Shown: positions 48,542 to 58,941, numbered from the stretch's first letter. The stretch is DNA of 64,000 nucleotides from Desulfomonilia bacterium (GCA_963664325.2 CAXXDQ010000004.1:32001-96000), one strand, 5' to 3'. Notes: generated by a model not told the origin, from the letters alone. Made by a program: numbers and translations.

Positions 48542-49414
48542 TTATCCTTTCATTATCTGTGTGCCAATCCCGCTGTCGGTAAGGATTTCAAGCAGTATGG
48601 AATACGGCACACGACCGTCAATGATATGCGCCTTCTTGACACCAGAGCTGACAGCATCTCTGCAGCATTCTATCTTAGGTATCATGCCGCCTGTAACGAT
48701 GCCATCAAGCACCAGGGCCGGGATCTCGTCATAAGCTATACTGGAAATGAGGTTTCCTCCTTTATCAAGGACACCTGATTCGTCTGTAAGGAGTACGAGC
48801 TTTTCAGCCTTGAGACTTGCGGCAATGGCGGCGGAAGCGGTATCGGCATTTATGTTGTATGTATGTCCTTCCTCATCCACGCCGAGCGGTGCGATTACCG
48901 CAACGAAACCTCCGGCTTCAACCGTATCCACGATATCGGTATCTACGCCTGAGACCTCTCCCACAAGACCGAGATCGATCAGTTTTCCATCAGATCCTTC
49001 CTTCATCAGAAGCTTTTTAGCCTTTATCAGACCTCCATCCTTGCCCGAAATGCCTACGGCTTTGCCTCCTTCGGTGTTAACAAGGCTCACAATCTCTTTA
49101 TTTATCAAGCCAGAAAGTACCATTTCCACGACTTTAAGCGTCTCTCCATCCGTGATACGCTTGCCTTCGACAAACGAAGACTTAACACCCAGTTTCTTTA
49201 AAGCCTCGTTTATCTGCGGACCTCCACCGTGTACAACGGTAACCTGAATTCCCACATACTGCAGGAGAACTATCTGACGTGCAAACATGCGCTTAAGTTC
49301 AGGGTCAGTCATGGCATGCCCGCCGTATTTGATTACAATCCTTCTGCCCCTGAAATCCCTTATATAAGGCAGCGCCTCAATAAGTATCCTTGCCCTTTGA
49401 ATTGCCTGTTCCAT
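48542..49414 (-). CDS. argB: acetylglutamate kinase
   Basis: IKYGG, HGGGPQI, NINAD, GGMIPK. Confidence 0.96.
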   Translation of the reverse strand: MEQAIQRARILIEALPYIRDFRGRRIVIKYGGHAMTDPELKRMFARQIVLLQYVGIQVTVVHGGGPQINEALKKLGVKSSFVEGKRITDGETLKVVEMVLSGLINKEIVSLVNTEGGKAVGISGKDGGLIKAKKLLMKEGSDGKLIDLGLVGEVSGVDTDIVDTVEAGGFVAVIAPLGVDEEGHTYNINADTASAAIAASLKAEKLVLLTDESGVLDKGGNLISSIAYDEIPALVLDGIVTGGMIPKIECCRDAVSSGVKKAHIIDGRVPYSILLEILTDSGIGTQIMKG

Positions 49415-49608
49415 AATATTGTCCTTAATTAAAAATGAATTTTCATATTAACACTCACATTTATAATATTCCAGAGCTTTGAAAAAAAACTTTTGCTGAA
49501 ATTAGCAAACTGCCATTTCTATTGACAATGCCGTATTGAAGAATATCAGGCTTTCATGTTAATGTTCTGTCAGATTCTAATAAAATCAATATTCATTGGA
49601 GGCATTTC

Positions 49609-50181
49609 ATGAAGAAAACCATATGCATATTAATCCTGTTAACTTTTACGGTCCCGGGTATGTCTTATGCCGGAGCTTACATGCTGGGCAATTTCGGATT
49701 CGGAGCCCCGTCAGATACAACAAGCTCAGGAAATTGGAGCGCTGGTGCGGAATTCGGCGGAATCTTCCTGTCAAGCCTTCACCCTACAGGAGGGGCTTTG
49801 AGCGCTGGTGCGGGATTTGCTGTATCTGTTCCAAAAAGCAGCAATAAAGTCCCGAGCTATAATGGAAATTTGCCTGCAAGCATGAGCGGTCTTGTTCCAA
49901 CAAATGACTATTATGACGGTAATGAATATGAAATTAACGCATGCGTCGGTGCTGAGCTTGCACCCTCTTTTTTCCTTAATCTCGGAGCCGGTTATGCATG
50001 GTGGAATGAAGATACCGTATCAGACCCTATTTTAGGTACCAGATATCTCGTTGATTCATCGAGCAAGAATTCAGTCACAGGCATGATTGGTCTTCGTTAT
50101 GCCATACAGGGATTCATGATGGGACTTGGCTACCATACAAGAAGGGGGGTTGTCGTAAGCCTCGGTGTTGCCTTCAACTGA
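49609..50181 (+). CDS. putative small outer-membrane beta-barrel protein
   Basis: Signal peptide, Gly/aromatic alternating strands, C-terminal LGVAFN. Confidence 0.65.
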   Translation: MKKTICILILLTFTVPGMSYAGAYMLGNFGFGAPSDTTSSGNWSAGAEFGGIFLSSLHPTGGALSAGAGFAVSVPKSSNKVPSYNGNLPASMSGLVPTNDYYDGNEYEINACVGAELAPSFFLNLGAGYAWWNEDTVSDPILGTRYLVDSSSKNSVTGMIGLRYAIQGFMMGLGYHTRRGVVVSLGVAFN

Positions 50182-50199
50182 TTAATCAAGGCTCGACAA

Positions 50200-51213
50200 A
50201 TGATAAGAAAACAGGCTTTTGCAACGTTGCTTACACTGGGACTTTTATACATATGCTGCTGGCCTGCACATGCAAAGATGATCACAATGGCCGTCCCGAG
50301 GCTGTCCGTATGGACTGTAGAGAACACTGGCCAGATAAATGCAACGAATGTCAGCAGCTATACCCCCTGGGGCGGAACTACATACTCACAGATCAATATT
50401 CAAAACGGCAGGAGCAGGCTCAAGGAAATTGAACTGCCGAACCTTACCGACGTTTTTATAAGGCATCTGGCAGGCAGCGGTAAATTCACAGTTCTTGAAC
50501 GCGCAAAAGTGGATAAGATTCTCGGTGAAATTGACATGGGTGATACGGGCCTTGCAGATCCCGCATATGCTGTTAAAAAAGGGAAAATGCTTGGAGCCGA
50601 ATACCTTGTCATCGGTACGGTATTTCAGGCTGATCTGGGTTTTGACATGAGGGAAATCCCGTATACCGATCAGCAGCAGATCAGGGACAAGGGGGTTATC
50701 AGGGTCGAACTGAGGATAATTGAAACCGCCACAGGAAAGATCATTAGATCGGTGATAGGAGAGGGAATAGCCGTAAAGACAAGATCCCTGGAAAAAAAGG
50801 TGTACGGCGCCAGGCTTGAAAAGTATGACCCTTTTTTCGACTCGCCGTTCATGCACGACCTTTATGATGCCCTGGCCAATGACCTGACAACAAAAACGGT
50901 AAACGCATTCTTCCCTTTCAGGGTAATCCTTGTAAAGGACAATTTGATAACGGCAAACAGGGGCAGTAATTTCGGGATCAATTCAGGGGATGTCTATAAT
51001 ATCATCAGGACCGGTGAAGCAATTTATGACCCGGATACAGGAAAAACAATCGGGAAACAGGAAGCAGTCGTCGGAAAGGCTACTGTAATCAGTGTACAAC
51101 AGGAGCTATGCACACTTAGTATTACAGGTGTATTAGGTAATATCAGAAAGGGAGATCTTCTGAAACCGGCTGCAGACCCCTATGAAAAACTCAAGGAGAT
51201 GGACAGGTTTTAA
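50200..51213 (+). CDS. CsgG/HfaB-like exported protein with an FlgT-like C-terminal domain
   Basis: SGKFTVLERAKVDKILGE, GKMLGAEYLVIG, RIIETATG; C-terminal IYDPDTGKTIG. Confidence 0.75.
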   Translation: MIRKQAFATLLTLGLLYICCWPAHAKMITMAVPRLSVWTVENTGQINATNVSSYTPWGGTTYSQINIQNGRSRLKEIELPNLTDVFIRHLAGSGKFTVLERAKVDKILGEIDMGDTGLADPAYAVKKGKMLGAEYLVIGTVFQADLGFDMREIPYTDQQQIRDKGVIRVELRIIETATGKIIRSVIGEGIAVKTRSLEKKVYGARLEKYDPFFDSPFMHDLYDALANDLTTKTVNAFFPFRVILVKDNLITANRGSNFGINSGDVYNIIRTGEAIYDPDTGKTIGKQEAVVGKATVISVQQELCTLSITGVLGNIRKGDLLKPAADPYEKLKEMDRF

Positions 51214-51231
51214 TCTTTGGTCAGGAATATA

Positions 51232-52638
51232 ATGAGAAGATATTTTAATGTAATATTATATTTAATTTTGTTTGCTGCACTGAGCGGTTGTGCGGCTTTC
51301 AGCAACTATACGAAGAATACCGAAAAGGCCAGGGTAAGTATATCCCAGGGGAATTTCCAGCAGGCGCTTAAAGTTTTCCCGGAATCTTCGGCAAAGTCCG
51401 GCAACGAAATCCTGATAAGGATGGAGCGGGGAACCCTGCTGCAGGCAACCGGCGATTATAACAACAGCACCAAGGAATTCGAACTGGCGGCGCGGCTGAT
51501 CGGGGATCAGGAGAATAAGGCGGTAATCTCAGCTTCCAAAACAGCGTCTCAGGCCGCATCGCTTGTAGTAAACGAAAAGGTGATCCCGTATCAGGGCCAG
51601 GATTTCGAAAAGGTTATGGTGCATACGCTGGATGCGCTTAATTACCTCATGATGGGCAACACTGAAGATGCACGCGTAGAGATCAGGAATTCATACCGTA
51701 TCCAGCAGGACCTGTACAACGCTCATTACAAGGATATTGAAAAGGCAAAGAAGGATTCCCAGGGCGTGAATTATGAAGATTCTTTCAATAATTCAAGCAG
51801 CGACAGTTATAACAAAATGAAGCAGACGGCCAGTTCGGTGGTCAGCGTCTACCAGAATGCATTTGCATACTACATAAGCTCTCTGGTCTATGAACTGAAC
51901 GGCGAAGAGGACGAGGCATACATCGACCTGAAAAAGGCCATCCTGTCGGAGCCCACCTGCTCTGCCATACAGAAGGATCTCATTCGTATGAGCAGGGATC
52001 TCGGTTACAGGGATGATCTTGACAAATGGCAAAGCCAGTTCGGCAAAAATGCATCTTTTCCAAAGGATTCCATAGACATATTTGTCGTTTTCGAGCTTGG
52101 ACTGGCACCTTACAGGGAACAATTCAAGCTTGTCCTTCCCATACCGACCGTAGGCCTTGTGTCTGTTGCCGTTCCGGTTTATGCCTATGTACCCAGTCTT
52201 GTTAAAGGCGGATATGTCACAGCAAACGGCAGATCGGATGAAACCAGCATAGTATCCGACACCGATGCGATTGCTTCAAGAAACCTGCTTGACGACTATC
52301 CTATCTTGCTGGCAAAACAAGCGGTAAGAGCGGCGATAAAGGGAACTGCAACAAGGGAAGCCGGCAAGCAGTATGGCGGTTGGGCCCAGCTTGCTGCAGG
52401 TATAGCATTTGCGATTACGGAACAGGCCGACCTCAGGACTTGGTCAACACTTCCCAAGCAGATACACGTGGCAAGACTTTTCGTGCCCAAAGGGACCAGC
52501 GACTTTACAATTACAGCGCTGCCGGGTGTTCCGGGAAAATTTTCTGAAACGGTTCATATCCCTGCCAATGCCAGGCATATCGTAGTACTGGCAAGGGCAT
52601 CGGAAAGCAATATCACAGTCTCTTCGAGGTCATTCTAA
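51232..52638 (+). CDS. COG3014-family lipoprotein
   Basis: Lipobox LSGC, PYQGQDFEKVM, YQNAF, QADLRTWSTLP. Confidence 0.75.
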   Translation: MRRYFNVILYLILFAALSGCAAFSNYTKNTEKARVSISQGNFQQALKVFPESSAKSGNEILIRMERGTLLQATGDYNNSTKEFELAARLIGDQENKAVISASKTASQAASLVVNEKVIPYQGQDFEKVMVHTLDALNYLMMGNTEDARVEIRNSYRIQQDLYNAHYKDIEKAKKDSQGVNYEDSFNNSSSDSYNKMKQTASSVVSVYQNAFAYYISSLVYELNGEEDEAYIDLKKAILSEPTCSAIQKDLIRMSRDLGYRDDLDKWQSQFGKNASFPKDSIDIFVVFELGLAPYREQFKLVLPIPTVGLVSVAVPVYAYVPSLVKGGYVTANGRSDETSIVSDTDAIASRNLLDDYPILLAKQAVRAAIKGTATREAGKQYGGWAQLAAGIAFAITEQADLRTWSTLPKQIHVARLFVPKGTSDFTITALPGVPGKFSETVHIPANARHIVVLARASESNITVSSRSF

Positions 52639-52653
52639 CTTAAGGAGGAGCAT

Positions 52654-53052
52654 ATGGTTAAAAGATTTATGATTTTTACAGTTTTTTGCCTGCTTTTTGC
52701 AGGTTGCGGCGGCGTTACAACAAATATCATTGACGCAAGGCTTGATGGAAAGAAGACGGTAATCATCAATGACGGTGCATTAAACCGTCAGATAACATTC
52801 GGCGAGATCAGGATTAATGGAGCGGAAGTTCAGGTGGATCTCCAGAATAAGACCAACAGAGATGTAAATTTCGAGTTCCGTTTCATATGGTATGATCCGA
52901 GCGGGGTTGAGATATCCACAATAACCAACTGGAATCCGGGACTTCTGAGCGGTGGAGAAACGAGGGGTTTCAAATCCACTCAGCCATCTGAAGCAGCAGT
53001 CGGTTACAAGTTGATGATAAGAAGACCACATGCAATCACACCTTTTAATTAG
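52654..53052 (+). CDS. YcfL/DUF1425-family lipoprotein
   Basis: Lipobox FAGC, FRFIWYDPSG; directly upstream of lpoB. Confidence 0.75.
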   Translation: MVKRFMIFTVFCLLFAGCGGVTTNIIDARLDGKKTVIINDGALNRQITFGEIRINGAEVQVDLQNKTNRDVNFEFRFIWYDPSGVEISTITNWNPGLLSGGETRGFKSTQPSEAAVGYKLMIRRPHAITPFN

Positions 53053-53091
53053 TTGATTTTCATGTAAAATACTAAAGCAGGAGGTAAAATT

Positions 53092-53688
53092 ATGAAAAGG
53101 CTTATGATGCTCCTATCCGTTTCACTGGTAATAATTATTTCATCAGGATGTGCCAGTACGCCCAATGTCAGTTACGGCAACCCCGAACAGGTTGAAACCG
53201 TAACTGCCGATTTTGGTTCCACCGATCTCCAGATGATTGCGGAAAAGATGGTGAATTCGCTTCTTGCAACCCCTCTGCTGCAGTCCGGTAAAAGGCCCGT
53301 CATGTACATATCCAGCGTCAAGAACAAAACAGACGAACATATTGATACAAAATCCATAACAGAGAAGATCAAGGTCACTCTGCTCAAGTCAGGGAGAGTG
53401 CAGTTCTCGGCTGTAAGTGAAGCAAACGATGAGATAATAAAGCAGCTTGAATACCAGAACCTTACAGACTATGTAGACCCCAGCACAAGAAAGAACCTCG
53501 GGAAACAGGTCGGTGCAGACTATTTTCTATACGGTGAAATCTCATCCATAAAGAAACAGGCTGGTAAAGTAGAGGATGTCTATTTCAAAATTACGCTTAA
53601 TCTAGTAAATATCTCCACCGGTCTTCTTGAATGGGCTGATGAGAAAGAAATTCGCAAGAGCGCAAAAAGACCGCTTCTTGGGAATTGA
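53092..53688 (+). CDS. lpoB: LpoB-family lipoprotein
   Basis: FGSTDLQMIAEKMVNSLL, VKNKTDEHIDT, GKQVGADY, LEWADEKEIRK. Confidence 0.8.
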   Translation: MKRLMMLLSVSLVIIISSGCASTPNVSYGNPEQVETVTADFGSTDLQMIAEKMVNSLLATPLLQSGKRPVMYISSVKNKTDEHIDTKSITEKIKVTLLKSGRVQFSAVSEANDEIIKQLEYQNLTDYVDPSTRKNLGKQVGADYFLYGEISSIKKQAGKVEDVYFKITLNLVNISTGLLEWADEKEIRKSAKRPLLGN

Positions 53689-53710
53689 TAAAAATAAAGG
53701 AAGATAATTA

Positions 53711-54100
53711 ATGAAGTTGGAAGAAATACCAAAATTATCGCTGCCTGCCCTTATAATGGCATACCTCAAGGGACTCAAGAAATTTGCAGGCTTGGAAAAA
53801 GCATATGTCAAAAATGAGATCGGAGCCGGATTATCTCAGGCTCCTATCGGAATAGTCCTTGCGATAGCCGGCCTCATACTGCTTGCACTGGGCGGGCTTC
53901 TGCTTCTTGTTACATCAGTACTGGTACTTTGCATATGGCTTCAGCCATGGGCGGCCGCACTCATAATTGCCGGGGCCCTTGTTGTACTGGGTATTCTGAT
54001 CGCCCTTACCGGGCTTGTTAAGGCAAAGAGGGACATAGCACGCGCCAAGGCTTCATTCAGCCAGGCAGGAAAGGATATAAAATGTCTGAGACAGAAATGA
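53711..54100 (+). CDS. YqjE-like ('phage holin family') membrane protein
   Basis: Two hydrophobic helices; WAAALI motif. Confidence 0.6.
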   Translation: MKLEEIPKLSLPALIMAYLKGLKKFAGLEKAYVKNEIGAGLSQAPIGIVLAIAGLILLALGGLLLLVTSVLVLCIWLQPWAAALIIAGALVVLGILIALTGLVKAKRDIARAKASFSQAGKDIKCLRQK

Positions 54101-54366
54101 GAAAGGATATCGATGTCCTGATAGCGGAATTAAAAGCCATCAGAAGCGAGCTGGGCATCCGGTACGGATTTTTGAAAGAGGATGCGGTTGGCTATATAAA
54201 AATCGCGGTATTGATTATCGCCTCAATTGTCGGTCTAAAGCTGGCAATTAAATTTCTAAGGGCCCTGCTGGCGTTTTTGTTAAAACACAAGCTCGGTTTT
54301 GCGGCCATATCGGCACTTTGCTATCTTGGCTGGCGTGATTTGAATCAGGATAACAGTAACAGGTGA
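54082..54366 (+). CDS. small hypothetical membrane protein
   Basis: Overlaps the previous gene; two hydrophobic segments. Confidence 0.6.
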   Translation: MSETEMRKDIDVLIAELKAIRSELGIRYGFLKEDAVGYIKIAVLIIASIVGLKLAIKFLRALLAFLLKHKLGFAAISALCYLGWRDLNQDNSNR

Positions 54367-54399
54367 CATTCTCAAACGTACCGGGTCGAGGAGGCAAAA

Positions 54400-54948
54400 A
54401 TGGACATCCAGCGTAGACTGGAAAAAATTACAAGCAGGACAGCGGTTCTCTATGCCATGACAGGACTGCTTGTCATCCTGGCTAATCCATCATTCAAGGC
54501 ATGCTTCTTTGGCATACTGATTGTTGCTGCAGGGGAAGCGTTGCGTTTCTGGGCTACAGGGCATATCAGGAAAAATGAAGAACTCACTACATCAGGGCCT
54601 TATGCCTATATACAGTCTCCCATGTATCTTGGCAGTTTCATCATAGCGACCGGCCTGTGCATCATGTCCAGAAATTCAGTTATATGGGTGATCGCAGCAG
54701 CAGTATATTTCCTGTCATATATCCCAAGAAAACAGGAAAAGGAATGGGCCAGGCTGGAGAAGCATTTCGGAGATAAATTCCTGAAATATAAAAGCGAGGT
54801 ACCATATCTAATCCCGACAAAAACACTTCCGTATTCAGAAGCTGAAATGAAACCGTGGTCGTTTGCACTGGCAATAGAAAATAATGAACACCAGGTGGCG
54901 ATTGGCGTGGCCCTGCTCGCTATATTCATCATGGTAAGAATCTTCTAA
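54400..54948 (+). CDS. isoprenylcysteine carboxyl/phospholipid methyltransferase family protein
   Basis: LRFWATGHI, LTTSGPYAYIQSPMYLG. Confidence 0.85.
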   Translation: MDIQRRLEKITSRTAVLYAMTGLLVILANPSFKACFFGILIVAAGEALRFWATGHIRKNEELTTSGPYAYIQSPMYLGSFIIATGLCIMSRNSVIWVIAAAVYFLSYIPRKQEKEWARLEKHFGDKFLKYKSEVPYLIPTKTLPYSEAEMKPWSFALAIENNEHQVAIGVALLAIFIMVRIF

Positions 54949-54977
54949 CAGCTGCCGTTAATTATTAGGCAGCTGTT
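54947..54977. terminator. hairpin between convergent genes
   Basis: aacagctgcc-N11-ggcagctgtt perfect 10-bp stem. Confidence 0.6.
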
Positions 54978-55406
54978 CTATACCGTCTCAAAAAAATCCA
55001 CTTTCTGGTTCTTCTTATATGCCATGCCCTGGAATACGCATACGATTTCTCCTTCTTCATCAAAGACATTAACATTATAAGTGGCAAGCCTCGGATTTGC
55101 TGTCACTTCTGCCGCCTCGGCAAAAATGACAGTCCCCTTTGGCGCCTTTACATAAGATATTGTATTACTTATCGCCACGGCCACATGACCCCTTGAATTG
55201 ACTGCGGCAGCGAATGCGAGGTCGGCTAGCGTATATGTAACCCCGCCGTGCACGATCCCCACGCCATTCAAATGATGCGGCTTGATTATAAGCTTGGCGC
55301 TGGCCTTCCCGTCACCGGCACTTAAAAGTTCGATGCCGATGTAATCCGCAAATTTGTCCTTTAAAAAATACCTTTTCAGATCATCGCTTGATACATCACT
55401 TGACAT
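54978..55406 (-). CDS. PaaI-family hotdog thioesterase
   Basis: HLNGVGIVHGGVTYTLAD, FQGMAY. Confidence 0.9.
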   Translation of the reverse strand: MSSDVSSDDLKRYFLKDKFADYIGIELLSAGDGKASAKLIIKPHHLNGVGIVHGGVTYTLADLAFAAAVNSRGHVAVAISNTISYVKAPKGTVIFAEAAEVTANPRLATYNVNVFDEEGEIVCVFQGMAYKKNQKVDFFETV

Positions 55407-55548
55407 TCACTTCTCCCATCCCATTGAAATACTATGAAGCACATAACACATCCTAAGATGAGTGCTCAAGCACCAGGGAAAATTTGCTATTGAAAAATAC
55501 TCTATTTGCTGGTGTTGTTGTCCTGGTTGTAGTGTTATAGAGGTAATC

Positions 55549-56526
55549 ATGCCAAGGTTAATAACTGTCACTTCAGGTTCGGATGGCGTCGGAAGGACAA
55601 GCTTTGTCCTTAATGTCGGTATTGCACTGGCCAGAATGGATTTCAAAGTCCTGCTCGTCGATGCGGATATGGGACTAAACAACCTTGATGTTATGATGGG
55701 TATAATGCCGCTTAAAACACTTGCGGATGTCATTGCCGGTGATACGAGCCCGGAAAATATAATTATAAATACCGGGTATAAAATAGACCTTATCCCTGCC
55801 TCATCAGGACTCAGGATTATTGATGTCCCTGATGAAGAAAGGATAAACTGCATAAGCAAAGATTTGGAAAATATAACATCCAGATATGATTTTATAATTG
55901 CCGATGCCCCTAGCGGAGTTTTAAGCAGGACACTGGGTTTTCTTTCAGAGTCACCTGATATAATAATCGGGATTAACAATGACGAGAAGTCCCTTACCGG
56001 TTCATATGCCTTGATAAAGGAATTACGTTCAGGAGGAGAAAATCCCCGATTTTCAATGTTTTCCAGTATGGTAAAAGACTATTCTGCCGGTCACGCACTA
56101 TACAGGAAACTTTCCCTTGTCTCGCAGCGGTTTGTAAATACTCATATCAACTATATTGGACCCGTTGTACTCGATGATATTTCCATTCCAGCATCAGGCG
56201 AACAGATTCCCCTTATTGTTAAGTATCCCACATCCGATACTGCCAGATGCTATCGAATGCTGACTTCGACCATCCTGAGTCAGAAAGCAATTGAATCCAA
56301 AACAGACAAGTTCTTTTCCCGCCTCATCAGGCTGGCGGCCATGGATTCAAATCCTCAAGCTATAAGGGAAATTTCTTTTGATGAAAAATCTGTTAGCAAT
56401 GGACTCGAGAGGACCATGGATGCAATTCTTGAAGAACAGAAGAGGACAAGGCTGCTCCTTGAAAGGCTTGTCGGTATGATTGATATTACAGGCGCACATG
56501 AAACAGACAAACCTGCTGAAATGTAA
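55549..56526 (+). CDS. MinD/FlhG(FleN)-like protein with degenerate Walker A
   Basis: TSGSDGVGRT, VDADMGLNN, IPASSG, YALIK; GAGG RBS before ATG 55549. Confidence 0.8.
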   Translation: MPRLITVTSGSDGVGRTSFVLNVGIALARMDFKVLLVDADMGLNNLDVMMGIMPLKTLADVIAGDTSPENIIINTGYKIDLIPASSGLRIIDVPDEERINCISKDLENITSRYDFIIADAPSGVLSRTLGFLSESPDIIIGINNDEKSLTGSYALIKELRSGGENPRFSMFSSMVKDYSAGHALYRKLSLVSQRFVNTHINYIGPVVLDDISIPASGEQIPLIVKYPTSDTARCYRMLTSTILSQKAIESKTDKFFSRLIRLAAMDSNPQAIREISFDEKSVSNGLERTMDAILEEQKRTRLLLERLVGMIDITGAHETDKPAEM

Positions 56527-57013
56527 GCTTAAGACTAAACTGGGAAGTATTTTTATCTCAGGCAACCAAGACTGTATCACAACGGTTTCCTGGGACACTT
56601 CTCCTGATGGATGCACGCCGGATCACACAGGTGAACTCAACTGGTTTACCGAAGAGCTTTCTCTTTACATGAAAGGCGATTTGAAAGTTTTCACCGGCAG
56701 GTTGTCTTTCGAAAATAATACCCCTATTTGGTCAAGAAAACCTTTTGATGAACCCATTCCGAACAATCTTTGGGCATCGGTCTTGAAAATCATGTCTGGA
56801 ATTCCTTACGGAAAGACAATGATTTATGGTTCGATTGCCCTTGAAGCTGGAAACAAAGGGTTTGCCAGGGCAGTTGGTAGTATATGCGGCAAAAACCCTC
56901 TAGTAATAATCGTACCATGTCACAGGGTAATTGCAGCTTCGGGTATAGGAGGATACAGTGCAGGGCTTGATAAAAAACGCGGCCTCCTGAAAATCGAGGG
57001 TGTGAACATTTAG
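56498..57013 (+). CDS. ogt: methylated-DNA--protein-cysteine methyltransferase
   Basis: IPYGKT, ARAVG, VPCHRV, GGYSAG. Confidence 0.92.
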   Translation: MKQTNLLKCKLKTKLGSIFISGNQDCITTVSWDTSPDGCTPDHTGELNWFTEELSLYMKGDLKVFTGRLSFENNTPIWSRKPFDEPIPNNLWASVLKIMSGIPYGKTMIYGSIALEAGNKGFARAVGSICGKNPLVIIVPCHRVIAASGIGGYSAGLDKKRGLLKIEGVNI

Positions 57014-57067
57014 TCAACTCCATAATTGACATGGCGTACAAGGTGTGCCTGTGGAGAACCATCAAGA

Positions 57068-58042
57068 ATGCTGATAGATGGATTTAAAAGAGAGATCAGA
57101 TACCTGAGAGTTTCTGTTACAGACAGGTGCAACCTCAGATGCAGGTACTGTATGCCGGAAGAAGGCATCGAATGGCTTCCCCATGAAGACATCATGCGCT
57201 ATGAGGAAATTCTTCGGGTTATCCGGATATGTTCGGAAATTGGGGTCGATAAAGTCCGCATTACCGGGGGTGAGCCTCTTGTCAGAAAAGGGCTTCTGGG
57301 TTTCATTGAAGGTATCAGAGAAATAAACGGTATTAATGACCTTTCCATGACTACAAACGGGGTTTTCCTTTCAAATGCGGCACAAAACCTTAAGTCAGCA
57401 GGCATTAACAGGTTGAATATCAGTCTCGATACACTTAATAAGGAAAAATTTTCCTACATTACCAGGGTTAATGCCTTCGATGATGTTATGAATGGTATTG
57501 AGAAGTCAATGGAACTCGGATTTATTATAAAAATCAATGTAGTTGCTATAGCCGGATTCAATGATGATGAAATTAACACATTCGCCCGGCATACAATTGA
57601 AAAGGACATAGAGATACGTTTTATTGAACTGATGCCGATGGGGTGTGCAGCCCGATTCGGAAATAACCGTGTGTTCAGGGCAAATGAACTCAAGGATATT
57701 ATTGAATCCGAACAGGGCATACTTGATCCTGCAACAAGTGGTCTGGGGCCTGCAAAAGTTTACAGAATAAGAGGAGCAAAGGGAAAAATCGGTTTTATCG
57801 ATCCAATGACCGAGCATTCATTCTGCAGGCGCTGTAACCGAATAAGGCTAACTGCAAACGGACAGCTTAAGCTCTGCCTGTTTTCAGAAGACGGTATTGA
57901 TCTGCTTAAACCAATCAGGAAGGGAGTAAGCGACAAGGAACTGTCATCACTGATAATGGAATCCGTAAAATTGAAACCCGCTCACGGGATACATATAGAG
58001 GGAAGGAACGGAAGCGGAACGATGAACAGAATCGGGGGTTGA
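57068..58042 (+). CDS. moaA: GTP 3',8-cyclase MoaA
   Basis: SVTDRCNLRCRYC, TGGEPL, FCRRCNRIR, C-terminal IGG. Confidence 0.96.
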   Translation: MLIDGFKREIRYLRVSVTDRCNLRCRYCMPEEGIEWLPHEDIMRYEEILRVIRICSEIGVDKVRITGGEPLVRKGLLGFIEGIREINGINDLSMTTNGVFLSNAAQNLKSAGINRLNISLDTLNKEKFSYITRVNAFDDVMNGIEKSMELGFIIKINVVAIAGFNDDEINTFARHTIEKDIEIRFIELMPMGCAARFGNNRVFRANELKDIIESEQGILDPATSGLGPAKVYRIRGAKGKIGFIDPMTEHSFCRRCNRIRLTANGQLKLCLFSEDGIDLLKPIRKGVSDKELSSLIMESVKLKPAHGIHIEGRNGSGTMNRIGG

Positions 58043-58057
58043 TTATTATATAAAAGC

Positions 58058-58429
58058 TTACCTGTCAATAACGGCAGCTTCCAGCATTTTGCCGTAGTAT
58101 TCAAGATCCCTTTCAAAAAGTATCCTGTTGGTGTTTAATATAGACAGTCCTGACATAGAACTTCCGTTGTCTGTTTCAGCCCACACGACCTTGCAGTATA
58201 GAGATATTTTCCCCTGGGTAAACTCCGGCTGGTCAATATAAAGCCTTACAACAGTTCCTATCGGTACGGCTGCACCGGATATGCACACACCGCCGCTGCA
58301 GGCATTAATAATTGAAATATCTTTCCGGATGCCCTTGGCTTCTATCATGCCAAAGGCATTGGGTACTGAGATGCGTTCGAATATCCTTTTTTCCTTTATG
58401 TATGGCATTGGTGCAAAAATATAAGCCAT
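58058..58429 (-). CDS. PilZ-domain protein
   Basis: EKRIFER (RxxxR), NACSGG (D/NxSxxG variant), KVVW. Confidence 0.75.
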   Translation of the reverse strand: MAYIFAPMPYIKEKRIFERISVPNAFGMIEAKGIRKDISIINACSGGVCISGAAVPIGTVVRLYIDQPEFTQGKISLYCKVVWAETDNGSSMSGLSILNTNRILFERDLEYYGKMLEAAVIDR

Positions 58430-58560
58430 TCCCTGATGATGTCAAGCTTATTCAATGAGTGTGCCAACAGATGAAGTCTCCGAATAAATATATTTCTGCA
58501 GGATGGAAACCTTGACCGTTTGGAGCATATTTGTTAAGCGCTGATAAACGGAGGCATAAT

Positions 58561-58941
58561 ATGAGCAATTTGTTGGATTATGAAAAATCAGGCGGGCTTG
58601 TTGCAGCAATTGCACAGGATTATAGAACAGGCGAGGTCCTGATGATTGCATGGATGAACAAAGAGGCCTTTGACGAAACGCTTGCAACAGGCAAGGTTTG
58701 CTATTTCAGCCGTTCCAGAAACAGGCTTTGGAGAAAAGGGGAAGAGTCTGGAAATGTCCAGATAGTCCACGAAATAAGGGTTGATTGTGACCGAGATGCA
58801 GTGCTTCTTAAAGTGGAGCAGGTGGGTGATGCCGCTTGCCATGAAGGTTACAGGACATGCTTTTTCAGAAAAGTCGTCAATAATGAACTTATAACAGATG
58901 GTGCAAGGGTTTTTAATCCTAAGGAGGTTTACAAGAAATGA
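58561..58941 (+). CDS. hisI: phosphoribosyl-AMP cyclohydrolase
   Basis: [28 protein letters not shown]. Confidence 0.95.
   Translation: MSNLLDYEKSGGLVAAIAQDYRTGEVLMIAWMNKEAFDETLATGKVCYFSRSRNRLWRKGEESGNVQIVHEIRVDCDRDAVLLKVEQVGDAACHEGYRTCFFRKVVNNELITDGARVFNPKEVYKK

Noticed and set aside
49430-49450. ARG-box-like AATGAATTTTCATATT upstream of argB
   Set aside because: Only a half match in AT-rich DNA, with no tandem second box and no argR in the window.
53711-54366. Holin-like gene as evidence of a prophage
   Set aside because: No endolysin, structural or integrase genes nearby; YqjE-like proteins are common in non-phage contexts.
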